Translations under genes and position numbers: made by a program
Shown here: positions 14,440-27,749 of the stretch, one piece after another
Numbering within the stretch: position 1 is the stretch's first letter
How the letters are laid out: every line of letters begins with the position of its first letter
Assembly: GCA_965153285.1 (NCBI GenBank)
Contig: OZ229126.1
Strand: one strand, 5' to 3'
Length of the DNA: 64,000 bases
DNA from: Podarcis tiliguerta
Lineage: Eukaryota
The notes under the pieces: generated by a model
What the model saw: only the letters and a program-made list of their open reading frames with translations
Databases searched by the model: none
Told to the model about the DNA's origin: nothing

Positions 14440-14737
14440 TGACTATTATTCAAGGCACCCCAGGGTGTCATGGCACACTGGTTGAAGACATAGGGGATAG
14501 GATGGCCCTGCAGAACCCCACAGTGAAAGCTCCACGGGGTTGAAAAGCATTCCCCAAGCAACACCCTCCGAGAAAGACCATCCAAGTAGGACTGGAACTA
14601 CCGCAAAGCGGTGCCACCCACCGCTCCAGCAGGATACCATGGTCGATGGTATTGAAAGCCACTGAAAGGTCAAGGAGAATTAACAAGGACATGTTTCCCT
14701 TGTCTCTCTCTCGACAGAGGCCATCATACAGAGCGAC
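14440..14737 (-). mobile_element. L2/CR1-group LINE RT fragment cut by the assembly gap
   Basis: RERDKGNMSLLILLDLSVAFNTIDHGILLER motif. Confidence 0.8.
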
Positions 14738-14937
14738 NNNNNNNNNNNNNNNNNNNNNNNNNNNNNNNNNNNNNNNNNNNNNNNNNNNNNNNNNNNNNNN
14801 NNNNNNNNNNNNNNNNNNNNNNNNNNNNNNNNNNNNNNNNNNNNNNNNNNNNNNNNNNNNNNNNNNNNNNNNNNNNNNNNNNNNNNNNNNNNNNNNNNNN
14901 NNNNNNNNNNNNNNNNNNNNNNNNNNNNNNNNNNNNN
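14738..14937. other. Assembly gap (200 N)
   Basis: Run of exactly 200 N; true size unknown. Confidence 0.99.
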
Positions 14938-15439
14938 TTCTGTCCAATCCCAGGCATGTGGAGGCTGGTTGTGATTAGTCAGAGGTGAAAAGTAGTCTGC
15001 ACACACTTCATAGGTACTTGCTTCACATTTGCAGGACTGAAAACTCTCCCAATGCTGTGCCATCGTAGGCCCTGGCTCCAATTGTATTATTGTTGTCCAA
15101 GTGGCTGAAATGATTAGTTTGTTCAATGTTAGGGAAAGAAGAGTATCGGGGGGGAAGGACATCTGACTCCCACATGCAATAAGAATTGTTCCTTGACCCT
15201 TTAAAGGCTTTTATAGACTGGCTATTGAGCATGGGTATATTATGTTTTCTCCTAAATAATGCATGCATTAATATGGCATGAGTGGTTTAACCTCTAAATG
15301 AGAGGTGCTGGGACTCACCAAGTCCTGGGGTTATGTGTGTAGCTCCTGACACCTCAGTGTCACAGTTTACCTGGGAGCTGGGCTACATGATCTGCAAGAG
15401 ACCAAGGACTCCTTGCAATGTCAATGTCAGGGAAACACA

Positions 15440-15625
15440 TGAAACTGCCTTGTACCAAGTCAGGTCATTGGTTCATGATCTGGCTTAGTATTGCCAACAC
15501 CAACACACAGCGGGTCCCCAGGGTTTCAGGCAGGGGAAATTCTCGGCCAACTTGAGATGCTGGGGACGGAACCTGGGACCTTCTGCATGCAAAGCAGTTG
15601 CTCTACAACTGAGCTATGGGCCTTC
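15440..15625 (-). mobile_element. Older tRNA-derived SINE
   Basis: Reverse A/B boxes (atagctcagttgtagagc...caggttccgtcccc). Related decayed copies at ~22740-22890 and ~33410-33590. Confidence 0.6.
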
Positions 15626-16240
15626 CTCAAATGTCACAATGATAGCTGAGGGTGAAACTAATTTCACTTTGCACACTACTTGACTGGAAGCCCAAGCAAT
15701 CCTGTCCAGTCAAGTAGTTGATTGGATTCCTTATGCATTCTGCCTTAGCTGCAATCTTATGCATACTTACTGGGAGTGCCCCTGAGGAAGCGCAGATGGG
15801 ATCAGGCTCCCAGCATGTGTGCGCAAAGTTTAAGGTTGAAACCCAGAAAACCTAACTTCTGTTTTGAGGGAGGTTGTTGCCACCATCACAGTTTCTCTGT
15901 TTCTCATTTATTGGGCTCATTCACATTCCCAACCTGCTGTCAGGCAAAATCAATATTCTGTTTGTTACAATGGATGGGGGAAGAGATCCTAGGAGGACCA
16001 GGGGAGAGGCAAGGGAGCAGCTCCCTGGACAAAGAGTTCCCTCCCGCTGCACCTCTGTGGTTCCTTGGAAGAAGGGCACTTGTTGCAGCCTCATCTCTCC
16101 AAAAAATGCACTTTGCCCATTTAGTGCTCTCCCATAATTCTTTTCTGGTGCCACCACTGGAAATGGGTTTGCCCCATACCTGGGAAAGAGATACTAGATA
16201 TGAAGGTGTAAAGCAGGGAAGAAGAACTTGTGGTGCTTCA

Positions 16241-16990
16241 TTTTTTATTTTAATGCTTTATTAATTTTGCAAAAATCAATCGACAAAACAATCCAAGATC
16301 AATACATATTACAAAAAGAAAAAAATTAGATTCATACATAACAGATTCCATTATGACTTCCGATCACCCCAACGTGGTTCCTAAGTTACATTTTTGACTG
16401 TACACTTTCCATTGTCTCTCATAAATTGTCTCAATTGTCTTGGTTTTGTAAAGTTTCCTAGTGTCTTTCAGGGGTCAATCAAGACCTGCCAAAGAATTTA
16501 GATGTTTACAATGTTCTTTTATGTATACTCTTTAAGTGTCCCATTCTCTATTAAATCACTGTTCTGTATCATCTCTAAGTCTTCCTGTCATTTTTGCTAA
16601 CAGCGTATTCTAGCATTTTCACCTGCAAGTCCTACTTAGTAGGAATGGATTCTCCTTTCCATCCTTTAGCTATTAAGATTCTTGCTGCGGCTATTGCATA
16701 CATGAAAATTCTCCTTATATTTTTTGAAATATCGTTACTCCTTATACCCAGCAGAAAGGCTTCAGGGTTTTTTTGCAAAAGAAAATTTAAACATTTTCTT
16801 AAGCTCATTGTATATCATTTCCCAAAATTCTCTCTTTTTTTTACAGTTCCACCACATGTGTATCATTGTGCCTTCCGCCTCTCTGCATCTCCAACAATTG
16901 CTCGACTTGGTTTTATACATTTTAGCCAGTTTTGAAGGTGTTAGGTACCAACGGCAAAACATTTTCATGAAATCTCTTTCAGGTTATAAC
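16241..16990 (-). mobile_element. L1-clade LINE 3' fragment
   Basis: ORF 16762-16968 RWYLTPSKLAKMY...CWRCREAEGTMIHMWWNC is the L1 ORF2 CCHC knuckle; A-rich tail at ~16241-16268 on the minus strand. Confidence 0.85.
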
Positions 16991-17335
16991 ACACACTTGA
17001 ATCAGAGCCTGAATGAGCTTCTCCATAGTTGTACAGTCTACAGCACGGAGGCGACTTTTGCATATACTGTAGTCCACAAATTCTCAATGAGATTTACGTA
17101 CGGGGAATTCCCTGGCCAATCAAGTACTTGTATTTGCTGCTCTGTCATGAATTTCTTCGCCGCTTTCGATGTGTGACAGGGGCTAGGTCCTGCTGCAATA
17201 ACCCAGTACCATCAGGATGCCTCTTTTCCAGCTCTGGAATAACTCTCTTTCGTAGAACCTCAATATATTGTGGCGAGCGCATCATTCCTTCTCTTGGCTG
17301 CAGGCTCCGACACCATAACGATCAACTGACTTTTC
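16990..17335 (-). mobile_element. Tc1 transposase (DD34E) C-terminal fragment, frameshifted
   Basis: Minus strand, after correcting 1-nt shifts: EGMMRSPQYIEVLRKRVIPELEKRHPDGTGLLQQDLAP/CHTSKAAKKFMTEQQIQVLDWPGNSPYVNLIENLW; 34 residues between the second D and the E. Confidence 0.85.
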
Positions 17336-17899
17336 ATGTTTGCTTTGAGTACAGGATTAAGAGTAAGATAGAAAACATGCTTTGTTTCAACTAATTTGCA
17401 CAATGGTGTATGTTATTATCACATATTAACTTAATAATAGATTTGCATTCCTAATAGTGAGACCCACTTAATTTTGGCCAGATGGAAAGATAGGGGTCCT
17501 GTACCTTTAACATGGGTGAAGAGGAGGCTACTAAAGGGGCAAGAGCCCTGTCCTCCTTTCCACTAGACCACCCTAATTTGGTAATTCTTTTATATAATGT
17601 GCAGCTGCAACAAGGAGCACCTTCTCAATCGCTTCTGAAAAACTGGAATCCTGCTCATTCAAAACTTGTGAGAACACCTGACCCCAAATGCCCACCTGGC
17701 CACCTCCATCTGCAAAACTGGCACTGCCAGCACACAATGCGCTCCAGTGCTCCCTTCCAGCAATCCTGCAGCAGAAACTGGCCTTGCAAATAGGTTGCCA
17801 GCTTATCAACCCGCCTCTGCTCCTGTGCTGCGGCCACCGGTAGCCGGGAGGGGTGGGGCTGCCCCCCATCAAGGAAATAAATAAAAAATGCTGAACTAA

Positions 17900-18910
17900 C
17901 CAACCAGTTGCGTCTCAGAGACCTCGGCTCTGCCTCCGCCAGGGCTGGGGCTGTGGGGCACTTTCATGTGTCCGGTTCATCTCCCTCCGAGAAGCCCCGT
18001 CAGCAGAGGGCCGACTGGAAGGAAGCACTGGGGGCCAAGGGAAGCCCCGGCCGCGTCACGGAGCCCAGGACGCCGAGCGCCCCCGGCCCCGCTCTCCCGG
18101 TTCCAGAGCAGCCCGCCCTGAAGAGGCGACGGGACGCGAGCACCGTCGGGCGGAGCTCCCCCTGCCGGGGAAAGCGCGGCCCCGCCGTCGGCGCGCCGCC
18201 TCCCGCCCTCCCTCCGCCTCCGCCGCCGCCTGTCGCGCGCCGCTGGCTCGCCCCGACGCCTGGGCGGGCGGACGCTGCGATGGAGGAGGCAGCTGGCCAG
18301 CCCCGCCGCGCCACCCGGCCAGCCCCGCCGGCCCGCAGGAGCCCCCGCGCCGCCGCCGCCGCCGCCGCCTGGAGGTGAGTGCCCAGCCCAGCCGGGACCG
18401 CCCTCGCCCGCCCGCCCGCCCGCTCCTCCCGCGGCGCATCCCGCGCCCCGCTGCCCGCGCCCTCGCTCCCTCCCCGCCGGCCAGGCCGCCCTCTCCCCGA
18501 CCCGGCGCAGCGCTGGGCTCGCCCTCGGCGGAGCCGGGCGGGGAGGCGGCGGCGGCTCGCAGGGAGGGGTGGATCGGGCCCCGGCGAGCGACGCGGGCCG
18601 GTGGCGAGGCTCTCCCTGGCCCTGCAAGACGCGGGGGACGCTCTTCCGCGACTTTTTGAAGGGGTGGGGCGGGAGCCCGGAGTCCTCCTTGGCCCCCGTC
18701 CGGACTGAAGGCCCAAGACAAGATTTGCTATTTCTGCTCCTGCTTCGTGTCATTGGGCACAGTATATCGAAAGCAAACTGCCTGTCCCTCCGCCGGCGGG
18801 CATGGGGGGGGGAGGCGGGGGGGCGGGGAGGCAGAGCATCTCTGCATGCACAGCCTCCAGAGGCGCATTGCCTCCCCGCGCAGGTCAGTCCGCTTCCAGT
18901 CCGCTTCCAG
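17900..18910. promoter_or_regulatory. S1PR2: CpG island, probable S1PR2 promoter
   Basis: Abrupt ~1 kb GC- and CpG-rich block in an otherwise CpG-depleted window. Many GC boxes (GGGCGG/CCGCCC), contains a strong + strand splice donor. Link to S1PR2 inferred from the known two-exon structure of S1PR genes. Confidence 0.85.
18200..18374 (+). other. S1PR2: Predicted S1PR2 exon 1 (5' end approximate; donor GAG|GTGAGT at 18374/18375)
   Basis: Consensus 5' splice site inside the CpG island. Exon carries a (GCC)7 tract at 18349-18369 and a Kozak-strong ATG at 18280. TSS cannot be placed from sequence. Confidence 0.7.
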
Positions 18911-20877
18911 CTTCAGCTATTGCCCTCCTGCTCTGCTTTTCTCCAAGGAAGTGAATGACTTGGATAGGAAGCCCCCCCCCTTCTCTTGTATACAGAAGGT
19001 ATCTTGCAGTCCCGTCCAGCTTGAGGGAACATCCCAGAATGAGCACAAAAAGGGGAAAGTCTGTAAGCAGGGGCAGAAAAAATGAGTTTATTCAAAGGAA
19101 ACATATAAGCTCTAACAGCCTTGACACATTTTGGGCCCTTCAGGAGGGGAACTCTGTGTTAAGAAAACATAAGCTTTGAATAATAAAATAATAATAATAA
19201 TCAAGCTCTATTCAGGGCATGTGGGTTGAGAAGATTTGTGGGACTGTATCTTCTGAAGGCAGCTCAGGATAGCTTTTGATTTTAAGAAGCAAGACTCTTC
19301 TGTTCAGTCAAAGCTTATATTTTCTTTAACGCACACAGGTCACCTAATGAAGGGTGTTTGTTGCTCAAAGCACACTGATCTGTTGGAAGCGATTATGCTG
19401 CTTACTCCCCCCCAAAAGAAATTGCTTTTGAAAATAATAAAACTGTTACAACAATAACTTGGAACAAGTCTAGTTATGCAATACAATCTTCACAAAAAAC
19501 CTTTACCTGGACTTTGTAGTGTCATTTCCAGCATATTCTTAAGACATTAATGGTTAATATAGCCTCTCCACAGACAAACTGGAGAGTTGGTGGGAGAGAA
19601 TTGTTATCTTCTTCCCTTACCTATGAAAAGAAAGGAGACTGAACCCAGTTATGGACTGTTCTTGTGATGAGCTTTACAATCCACACGTCAATACAGTATT
19701 CCATATTTTTGCCTGGAAAGCCCAGGCTGAAATGGTGCTTGTGGGGCCTCCTAGCAGCGTTTACACACTATGGATGCAAAGTATATTTTGAGTGTTCCCT
19801 ATGCTGCCTGTTATCTTGGTAATCTTTCTAACAACCTTGTAAAAGAGGCCAGTATTAATATCCCTCTGTTGCAAGTGGGGAAGAGAGCCAAGCCAGGCAA
19901 TCTAGAAGGTTAATGGTTGATGTGAGTTGGGACTAGGTACTTCCTGGTGTGTGCTCTCTCTCTCACACGCAGAGTAATGGCATGAAATGTAAAGAGGGCT
20001 TGTGCATCCCCAAACACTCAGGGGCTTGTGATGGACTCTGATGAGTGAACTTTCAGATGGAAAGCTAGCACACAAGCCACAGGACTGACCTGCCTTGCAC
20101 ACTCAGCTTCTCAGCCCACACTATTCACAGATTTGCGGTGAAATTGCAGATTTACAGGTTTTAATCAGCTGCATGGTTATAATAAGAAATTATCAGGATT
20201 GCATAGGATTTGACCTGGAAACCTAACCACAAATGTAATGTTTGGGCACCACAAAGAGGTCACAAAGCTTCTCTTAATATAATAATTATTTCTTCCGGCA
20301 CAACAAGCCAGCCTATAGTTTTCAAAGAGGCCTTATGCCTTCAAGCATTGGATCTTAAATCTATCATTTGCTCTCAGGCTTATTAAAACTGCAAGGCTGT
20401 CTCAGATCAAAGTCTGGAAGGGCCACACAGCATAGTGAGGTGCCATGCTTTGGGTGGCACTGTGGGGGCTGGAAGTAGGTGGAAGGCAGGAATGGGATGT
20501 CTGAATGATGCAAGAGTTTTCAGGCTGTTGGCTCCAGAGACGGGGTTCATAGAACCATAGAATTGTAGAGTTGGAAACGACCCCAAGGGTCATCTAGTCC
20601 AACCGCCTGCAATGCAGGAATCTCAACTAAAGCATCCACGGCAGATGGCCACCCAACCTCTGCTTGAAAACCTCCAATGAACCACCACATCCCAAGGGAG
20701 TCCATTCCACTGTCTTAACAGCTCTTGCTGTCAGAAAGTTCTTCCTATCAGCAGCATGGAAGGGGTTTGCTGCCAACTCTTTCACCTCTGGCCATATTGT
20801 TAATGTTCAAAACAGCCACCTCCCAGCCTGCTTTTATTCTGACAAAGAAAAAGATATGAGGGACAGATGCTCTGCAC

Positions 20878-21062
20878 CAGGCATGCCCAACAGGTAGATC
20901 ACTGGACGTCCATGATAGATCACTGGTAGATCACTGGCTCCCCCCAAAGAAGCTCAAAAACTTTGGCTCCTGTAAAAAAAGCTCAATAACTTTGACCTGG
21001 AACCCCCCCCCCCCCGGGGTAGAACACTGCCAGTTTTTAACTCTTGGGGTTGGCCGCCCCTG
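20878..21062 (+). mobile_element. hAT MITE with internal tagatcactgg repeats
   Basis: caggcatgcccaac...gttggccgcccctg; TSD ctctgcac / ctctacac. Confidence 0.8.
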
Positions 21063-22113
21063 CTCTACACAACTGGGTGCCAAATGTTTTGTCAGAATGA
21101 TCTGTCAATTTGACTCCTCGATCTTGAGTTTGTGTTGTCCTCCCTGGAGTCACTTTTCCTCTGTTTCCTGTGGTTGCCTCTGTCCCCAGATCTCAGTTGT
21201 TCCTCTGCAGTCTGTTATTAGGACTGACAGTTTTCTGTGTCCTCTTGAGGGTGGGCAAGGCTCAGAGGTCGAGCACATGCAGATGGTCCCAGGTCCAGAA
21301 TGCAGTTAGAAGTACCTCCTAAAGTTGGTAGAAGATGAGGCTCTGAGGAAAATGAGAGAAGGCGGCACATCTTTTTCTTGGGAGATTTTTTTAGGTGTTT
21401 GCATCTCTAGCATGGCTGTGAAAGAACCTCTGCCCAGGGCATTGTGGAGAGCAGTTGGTTGTTCAAGTAAATTATACTGGCCTTGGTAGAACCATAGATC
21501 ATATGATTCCCTTCTTTTGCTTTGAGTCACAGTACTGCATTTGGGTGGAGGCATTGGGTATGGGAACTGGTGCCATGTCCAACCCCAAAGGCTGCTGCGT
21601 CTTGGAAACAGCATGCTTTTCCTCATGCAGATTGGTCTCTAGAGTGGAAATGCACTGAGCTGAGGTTTTCGGGATGGATGATGATGATAACAACGCACTG
21701 TGAAGCTGCACAGTTGCTTGTCTGTTTTATGACAGGGAGGGTAGGGAATTGGTAGTGGGATTAGGATAAGGGATATTGGGTCGATGAACCAATAGATTGA
21801 TGAAGAGGCTGCATACATTCAAGTGTAAAGAGGACTCACTACAGTTCTTCAACTGTATTCATGTGTGTATCCAGTGTATTTGCTGGATAATTTCAATATA
21901 GATGTTGCAGTTCACCACTTTTTCGTTTTTACACAAGCAAGAGGTGTAGAAAATTTAATTAATAAATGGCATAGGAAAATCCCTGCTGAATTAGAACAAG
22001 TATCTACAGAGTCCAGCACCCAAGATCCAACAGTTGTCAGCCAGATGTCCCAGGAAGCCTCAAGTGACAAACATGTCTCATTTTATGTCTCCCAGTACTG
22101 ATATTCAGAGGTA

Positions 22114-22350
22114 CAGTGGTACCTTGGGTTACAGACGTTTCAGGTTACAGACACTTCAGGTCACAGACTCCGCTAACCCAGAAATAGTAGCTCGGGTTAA
22201 GAACTTTGCTTCAAAATGAGAACAGAAATCATGGAGCAGCGGCGGCGGTGGGAGGCCCCATTAGCTAAAGTGGTACCTCAGGTTAAGAACAGTTTCAGGT
22301 TAAGAATGGACCTCCAGAATGAATTAAGTTCTTAACCCGAGGTACCACTG
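22114..22350 (+). mobile_element. Tc1/mariner MITE, same family
   Basis: Same TIRs, TA TSD, near-identical interior. Confidence 0.92.
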
Positions 22351-24741
22351 TACAATGCTTCTGAACACTGTGTTTCCATGTAGCCAATGTGGCTAATAGT
22401 CACAGATTTCTCTAATCCCCTTTTAGAGCCATCAACCATCTCAGTGGTAAATATCAATGTTATGCTGAATTGCATTGTACAAAGACCTCTTTCTATCAAC
22501 CCTCAATCCTCTGCCCTTTCAACATGGTTACAAGAGAGGGCAAAAATGTTTGTGTCCATATTCTCTGCACTGATCTTTTTCCTAACTTGGTTATCTTTTA
22601 TTTCTAAACTAAAAAGCCAGCCTCCTGGTCATTTTTGGCTGTAATCCTGTACACACTTACTTGAGATTTGCTTTTGAATAGCAATGCATGGATTGCACTG
22701 TTAGTTGCTTTCTCTTTTGGTACATACATACTAGCTCTGATTATTTGTCCATGCAGCCCCATACTGTCTGTTCTGACGGACAGGGAGTGTCCCACAGAGG
22801 ACACTGGCATCACCTGCTATCAGATCCCTTTTAGCTGAAGACACCGAGGGTTGAACCTGGAGCCACCTGCTTGGATGCAGACACTTGTCACTGACTTGTG
22901 GTCCCCCCAGCCACAACACTCTTTCCAGCTCCTGAATATCCTCATGGAGGGGGAGCCGTCAGAACTCCAGTTTTCCAAAGGCACTCACACTGCAGATTTA
23001 TATAATGGCACTGTGGCATATAACAGTGTTATAAGAAAAGAAAAGTCTTCATTTTGTCTCACAGTACTTCTCAGCAACACTGAGTTTCTAGCTTTTACTA
23101 CCACAGAACATTGAGTACTCTACTCAGCACTGACCCAGGGAAACCCTTTCAGCGAAGTGCACATATTAATTACATATATTGCCTCTTTGGGGACTGTCAG
23201 GTGCTTCTTGGGCAATTTTAAAGGCCCAGTGATAAATTTATCCAAATCAGGAGTTAGGCAGGAAAACCCATTTTTAAAATGCATTTTGGTTTCTATACAT
23301 AACACAGTGGTGTCCTCCAGATGTTAAATGCAACTCGTATCAGCCTCAGACTGATGGTCAGGGATGATAGGAGTTGTAGTCCAGCAAGATCTGTAGGGCA
23401 CCCCATTGACATAACATGCATATAACTGGTGCTTGTTCTTGGCTGCCAGCTACTGAACTCAGAATGGAGCAGGAGCAAACCTTAAATATTCCATACTCAG
23501 AAAGTTCTGAGACAGAGGATGGCCATGAGGATCTGATCCCAGCCAGAGCTGTTTGTTTTAGACGCTCCTCAGACTGCCCTTCAAATCAGCTGTCCCCTTT
23601 CTCATTCTATGGCACTCCCTGCCTGCCAGCAATCTGTTAGTGCTCCTCTGGCTCTGTTTGCTAAAGAATATACAGACCAAGGACTTTTCCATTCACTTTA
23701 TCACCATCTTCTAATCAGCCTATCGGAAAGTGCAGAACGAAGCTTTCGTTCAGCACGCTCTTTCTCTCTCTTCCCTCCCTCCCCAGCTTGTGGGAAGAGA
23801 TCCTTAGGAGAGATCCCCCCCCCCCGCTCCCCCCATCCCTTCCTCCTGCCTCGTTGCTTTTCCCAAAGCCTCTGGCCAAATCTCCGCCAAACAACAAAAA
23901 CCATCTGTTGATATCTGTGGCCAGCACAACCGCATTCCTCGGGCTTCGGATGTGCTGGAGAGGCTTGGGCTGGGGGTCTGTTTCTGATAGAGCAATTGCA
24001 GCTGTTCAGATCAGGCCAGGATTGCTGTCCTGCCATGTGCTGCAAGATGTCCCCAAGGCAGATAAATTAAGAGATGGGTGGCAGGATATTTATCACTGGA
24101 AATTAGACCAGGAAGAAATAGCTGTTCTCCACCCACGAGTGCTATTTAGGAACCTGGAGGAACTCTCTCTTGCTGGGATGACCTCATCCGTTGCAAGGAA
24201 TCTGCTCCACCCTAATACTCCTACAGTCTTTCTCAACTTCCACAGAGCAGGAAGTGCCTTCATGGCATTTGGCTCCCTAGCAAGGCATCCTTGGCTGCTT
24301 GTGGACAGGGACACAAGGGGGTGTGGGTGGACAAGGAGTGTCCATGCTGTATGTACAAAGCTCAGATCAGGATCAGGCCTGCAGGGACAAAAGTGGCTTA
24401 ATGCAGAAATCAACATCTAGCAGGGCTCTGGCATTTGCCTCTGGTGTTCCAGATCTGGCTCTTGAGTTCAACAGACTGGCTGAATCTCTGCTGTAAGCAG
24501 AAGGATGCCCCCATGTCTGAGTTGGAGCAGGGGCTGATGACTGAATGTGCACAGCGCCAACCACCACGTCATTGTCTTTCAGAGCTAGCCATTCCTAGCA
24601 ATGGTAACATTACTCTTTAAAGCACCTTTTCCCCCAAGGCGGGGATGCAAGTTCCGCCCCCCCCCCTTGTTCTTGAGATGCTTATTATGCTCCTATGCAG
24701 AGAAATTGTGTTGGTTCCAATCACCACTGAAGGAGTGATGA

Positions 24742-25404
24742 CATACCCTCCAACATTTCTCCAGGGAAAATAGGGATGCTCTAAATAATCATAATCATAA
24801 TCACAATCATAATACCCAGCCCATCTGACCGGGTTGCCCCAGCCACTCTGGGCACCTTCCAACATATATAAAAACATAATAAAATATTAAACATTGAAAA
24901 AAGCTCCCAATACAAGGCTGCCCTCAGAACATCCTACCATACCCTCCAATATTTATCCAATGAAAATAGGGACGTCCTAAAGAAAAGCGGAGGGACATGG
25001 GCTTGCCGATCAGAAGGTTGGTGGTTTGAATCCCCGCGACGGAGTGAACTCCCGTTGCTCGGTCCCTGCTCCTGCCAATCTAGCAGTTTGAAAGCACGAA
25101 GTGCACGTAGATAAATAGGTACTGCTCTGGCGGGAAGGTAAATAGCGTTTTCGTGCGCTGCTCTGGTTTGCCAGTAGCTTAGTCATGCTGGCCACATGAC
25201 CCAGAAGCTGTACGCCGACTCCCTCGGCCAATAAAGGGAGATGAGCGCCGCAACCCCAGAGTCATCTGCAACTGGACCTAATGGTCAGGGGTCCCTTTAC
25301 CTTTTTAAAGGAAAAGTGGGACATTCCAGGTTCAGGTCAGAAACTGGGACAGCTTCTGTAAATCTGGGACTGTCCCTGGAAAATATGGAGACCTGGAGGG
25401 ACTG
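24742..25404 (+). mobile_element. Composite MITE (cataccctccaac...ggagggactg) containing a LINE-tail fragment and a nested Sauria SINE
   Basis: Left ~40 bp present twice (24742 and ~24938) around a LINE-3'-end-like segment; flanking repeat tgatga; a related end appears in reverse at ~5380-5418. Confidence 0.6.
24998..25306 (+). mobile_element. Sauria SINE, 5'-truncated, second subfamily
   Basis: Tail actggacctaatggtcaggggtccctttaccttt. Confidence 0.88.
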
Positions 25405-26934
25405 TGATGATAACCCCTTCCTCAAGTTGGCTTTTGCGTATGTGTAAAGGAGAGAAAGAGAGAGAGAGTTGTCTGGATTGCTTCGTTGCTCATTGTGGGG
25501 CACAGGCTGCACAACACATCAGGAAATGCTGAAAATGATTAGACATATTTTAACTCTGATAGATGCCATTTTCGATTAAGCAGGGTATAGGGCAAGGTTC
25601 AAAGTCCCAGTCTTGGATGGATTTAAAAATACATTGTTCAAAAAGAGTGTGTTTTTGAAATAATTTGTTGCAATGACTTAAAATACCTCTTCTGAGAATA
25701 CAGCAATGTTAATCAACACAAGTCAATTCCCTCAGCCTCCCTTCTCACTTGGAAAGAACAGGGATTTGTGTGTTTAATTGATTTATAAGGTTTGGAGAAC
25801 CGGTGGGCCTCCAAATGTTTTTGGATTGCAGTTCCCATCATCCTTGACCACTGGCTCTGCTGGTTGAGGCTGATGGGAGGTGATTATTCTGTCCCTGATT
25901 TATATCAGTTAGGTGCTCAGTGTGTAGAATGAATGATTTGACCAAAGGGACTGGGGAACAATCACAGGTGGAATGAAAGAACACTCCATGCTTGCCCTAC
26001 TTCAATGGTGTTTTTTGTTTCCAAAGTTTAGACCTCTAAAAGTCTGCTGAAAGTCGGGTGGGGAAGCAATTTTTCCGGTGGGAAGGAGAAACGTGGGGGA
26101 TTAACTGCAAAAAAACCTAGACAAAAGCTACAGATGCTATAAGGTTAATAGGATTATTTTTTCAAATCCAAATAATTTTTATTGGTTTTAAAGGTTAATA
26201 GGATTATAAACACTTTGGAAAAGTAGTTTTCCCAACTTCCTGTTCTGGATGTGTTGAACAGATATATGGCTGCATCTTGGGATGCTTTTAAGGTCAAGGA
26301 ATCCTTTCCGATTAAATGTGAGTAGGTCAGTCCAGAAGTAATCAGGAGCAAATGGAAAGTGGAAGAGAATTATTTTTAAACCTACAGTCAGATTTTAAAA
26401 AGGAACCTGATTGAATGTGAAAATGGAAGTGAGGATATTTTCTAAAGGATGCAAAGGTTGCAAAATGCTGTCTCCCTTCTGGCGTCCCTGTTCCTATGGA
26501 AGAGGCAAGGCACTCGTGCCAGTGAGCAGAAATGGAGCTGGAGGCCCTCCCCCCCCCCCCGGTCAGGTGCAGAGGGGGGGCACATCAGGGAAGCAGCGTG
26601 CATGCACTGTTTTTAAAACATGAAGGGGACATCCGACTTGATGTCTAAGGGGTGGGAAAGACGAGCTTTTTCGAGGGTTCAGCTCTGCAGTCAGGCTCAC
26701 CTCTGAAGGGCGGCTGGGATTCATGCAGACCTAGGAAACCTTTATGTCATCATCTCCCCCTTTCCGCATTTCTGTGTCTGACACACTCTTCCCTTTTTTC
26801 TTCTGCTTTTGATGGAACAGACTTTAGAATTGTGTGTTCTCTTCCCAGCCCTACAACTTCCTTAAGACTGAGGTGCGGTACTCCCCATGCCTTGCCTTGA
26901 GGCAAGATGGCTCCATTTATCTTCTCTCCTAGGG

Positions 26935-27119
26935 CAGTGGTTCCCAGCTGGTGGTCTGCGAACCACAGGGGATCTGCATAACCCACTCAGGGGGTCCAGG
27001 GCACCATTCACATACCAAAAACTACCACAGAGATACCAGCATTTTCCAAAATAGGAGCTCCATGGCTTGACATTTGAAAAACAGGGGGTCTGTGGTACTT
27101 AGCTAATTGGGAACCCCTG
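26935..27119 (+). mobile_element. hAT-like MITE
   Basis: TIR cagtggttccca / tgggaacccctg; degenerate TSD. Confidence 0.65.
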
Positions 27120-27518
27120 CTCTAGGACAAGACAAATGAGCAGCCTAACTTCAAAATGGTCATTGCCCTAGTGAAGCACCACAAGTGATCCAGTGGCTTT
27201 ATTTGCATGTCACTTTAAACCACAGTTAACCTTCATTGTGGTACAAAGTGAAAGCGCAGCCTGCTGGTACACACTGCTGAAATCGCAGGCATTTTAGTAT
27301 GGCCCCCTGCTCTCAGAAACAAGAATCATGGTTTGTCTTTCTGCAAACAACAAAGCACAGGCTACAGTATAAGCACATTTTGTTTTTGACTTACTGCTTA
27401 TTGTTTACTTGGGGAAAACAAACCACAGATTTAAGGCAAACCATGGCGGAACAGAGAAGGAGTGAAGTGGCTGCAATTCTTTCTCTGTTCACCTTTAAAC
27501 TATAGTTAAATTTAACTA

Positions 27519-27749
27519 CAGTGGTACCTCGGGTTAAGAACTTAATTCGTTCTGGAGGTCTGTTCTTAACCTGAAACTGTTCTTAACCTGAAGCACCACT
27601 TTAGCTAATAGGGCTTCCCGCTGCCGCCGTGCAATTTCTGTTCTCATCCTGAAGCAAAGTTCTTAACCTGAGGTACTATTTCTGGGTTATCAGAGTCTGT
27701 AACCTGAAGCGTATGTAACCTGAAGCATCTGTAACCGGAGGTACCACTG
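27519..27749 (-). mobile_element. Tc1/mariner MITE, same family, reverse orientation
   Basis: Same TIRs, TA TSD. Confidence 0.92.

Noticed and set aside
14468-15162. ORFs spanning the N run
   Set aside because: Artefacts of translating through an assembly gap.
17908-18958. Multiple long overlapping ORFs (156-258 aa) on both strands
   Set aside because: Expected from stop-codon scarcity in a CpG island; low-complexity Arg/Gly/Pro/Ala content.
23788-24420. 210-aa ORF
   Set aside because: No homology recognised, non-ATG start, no convincing exon structure.
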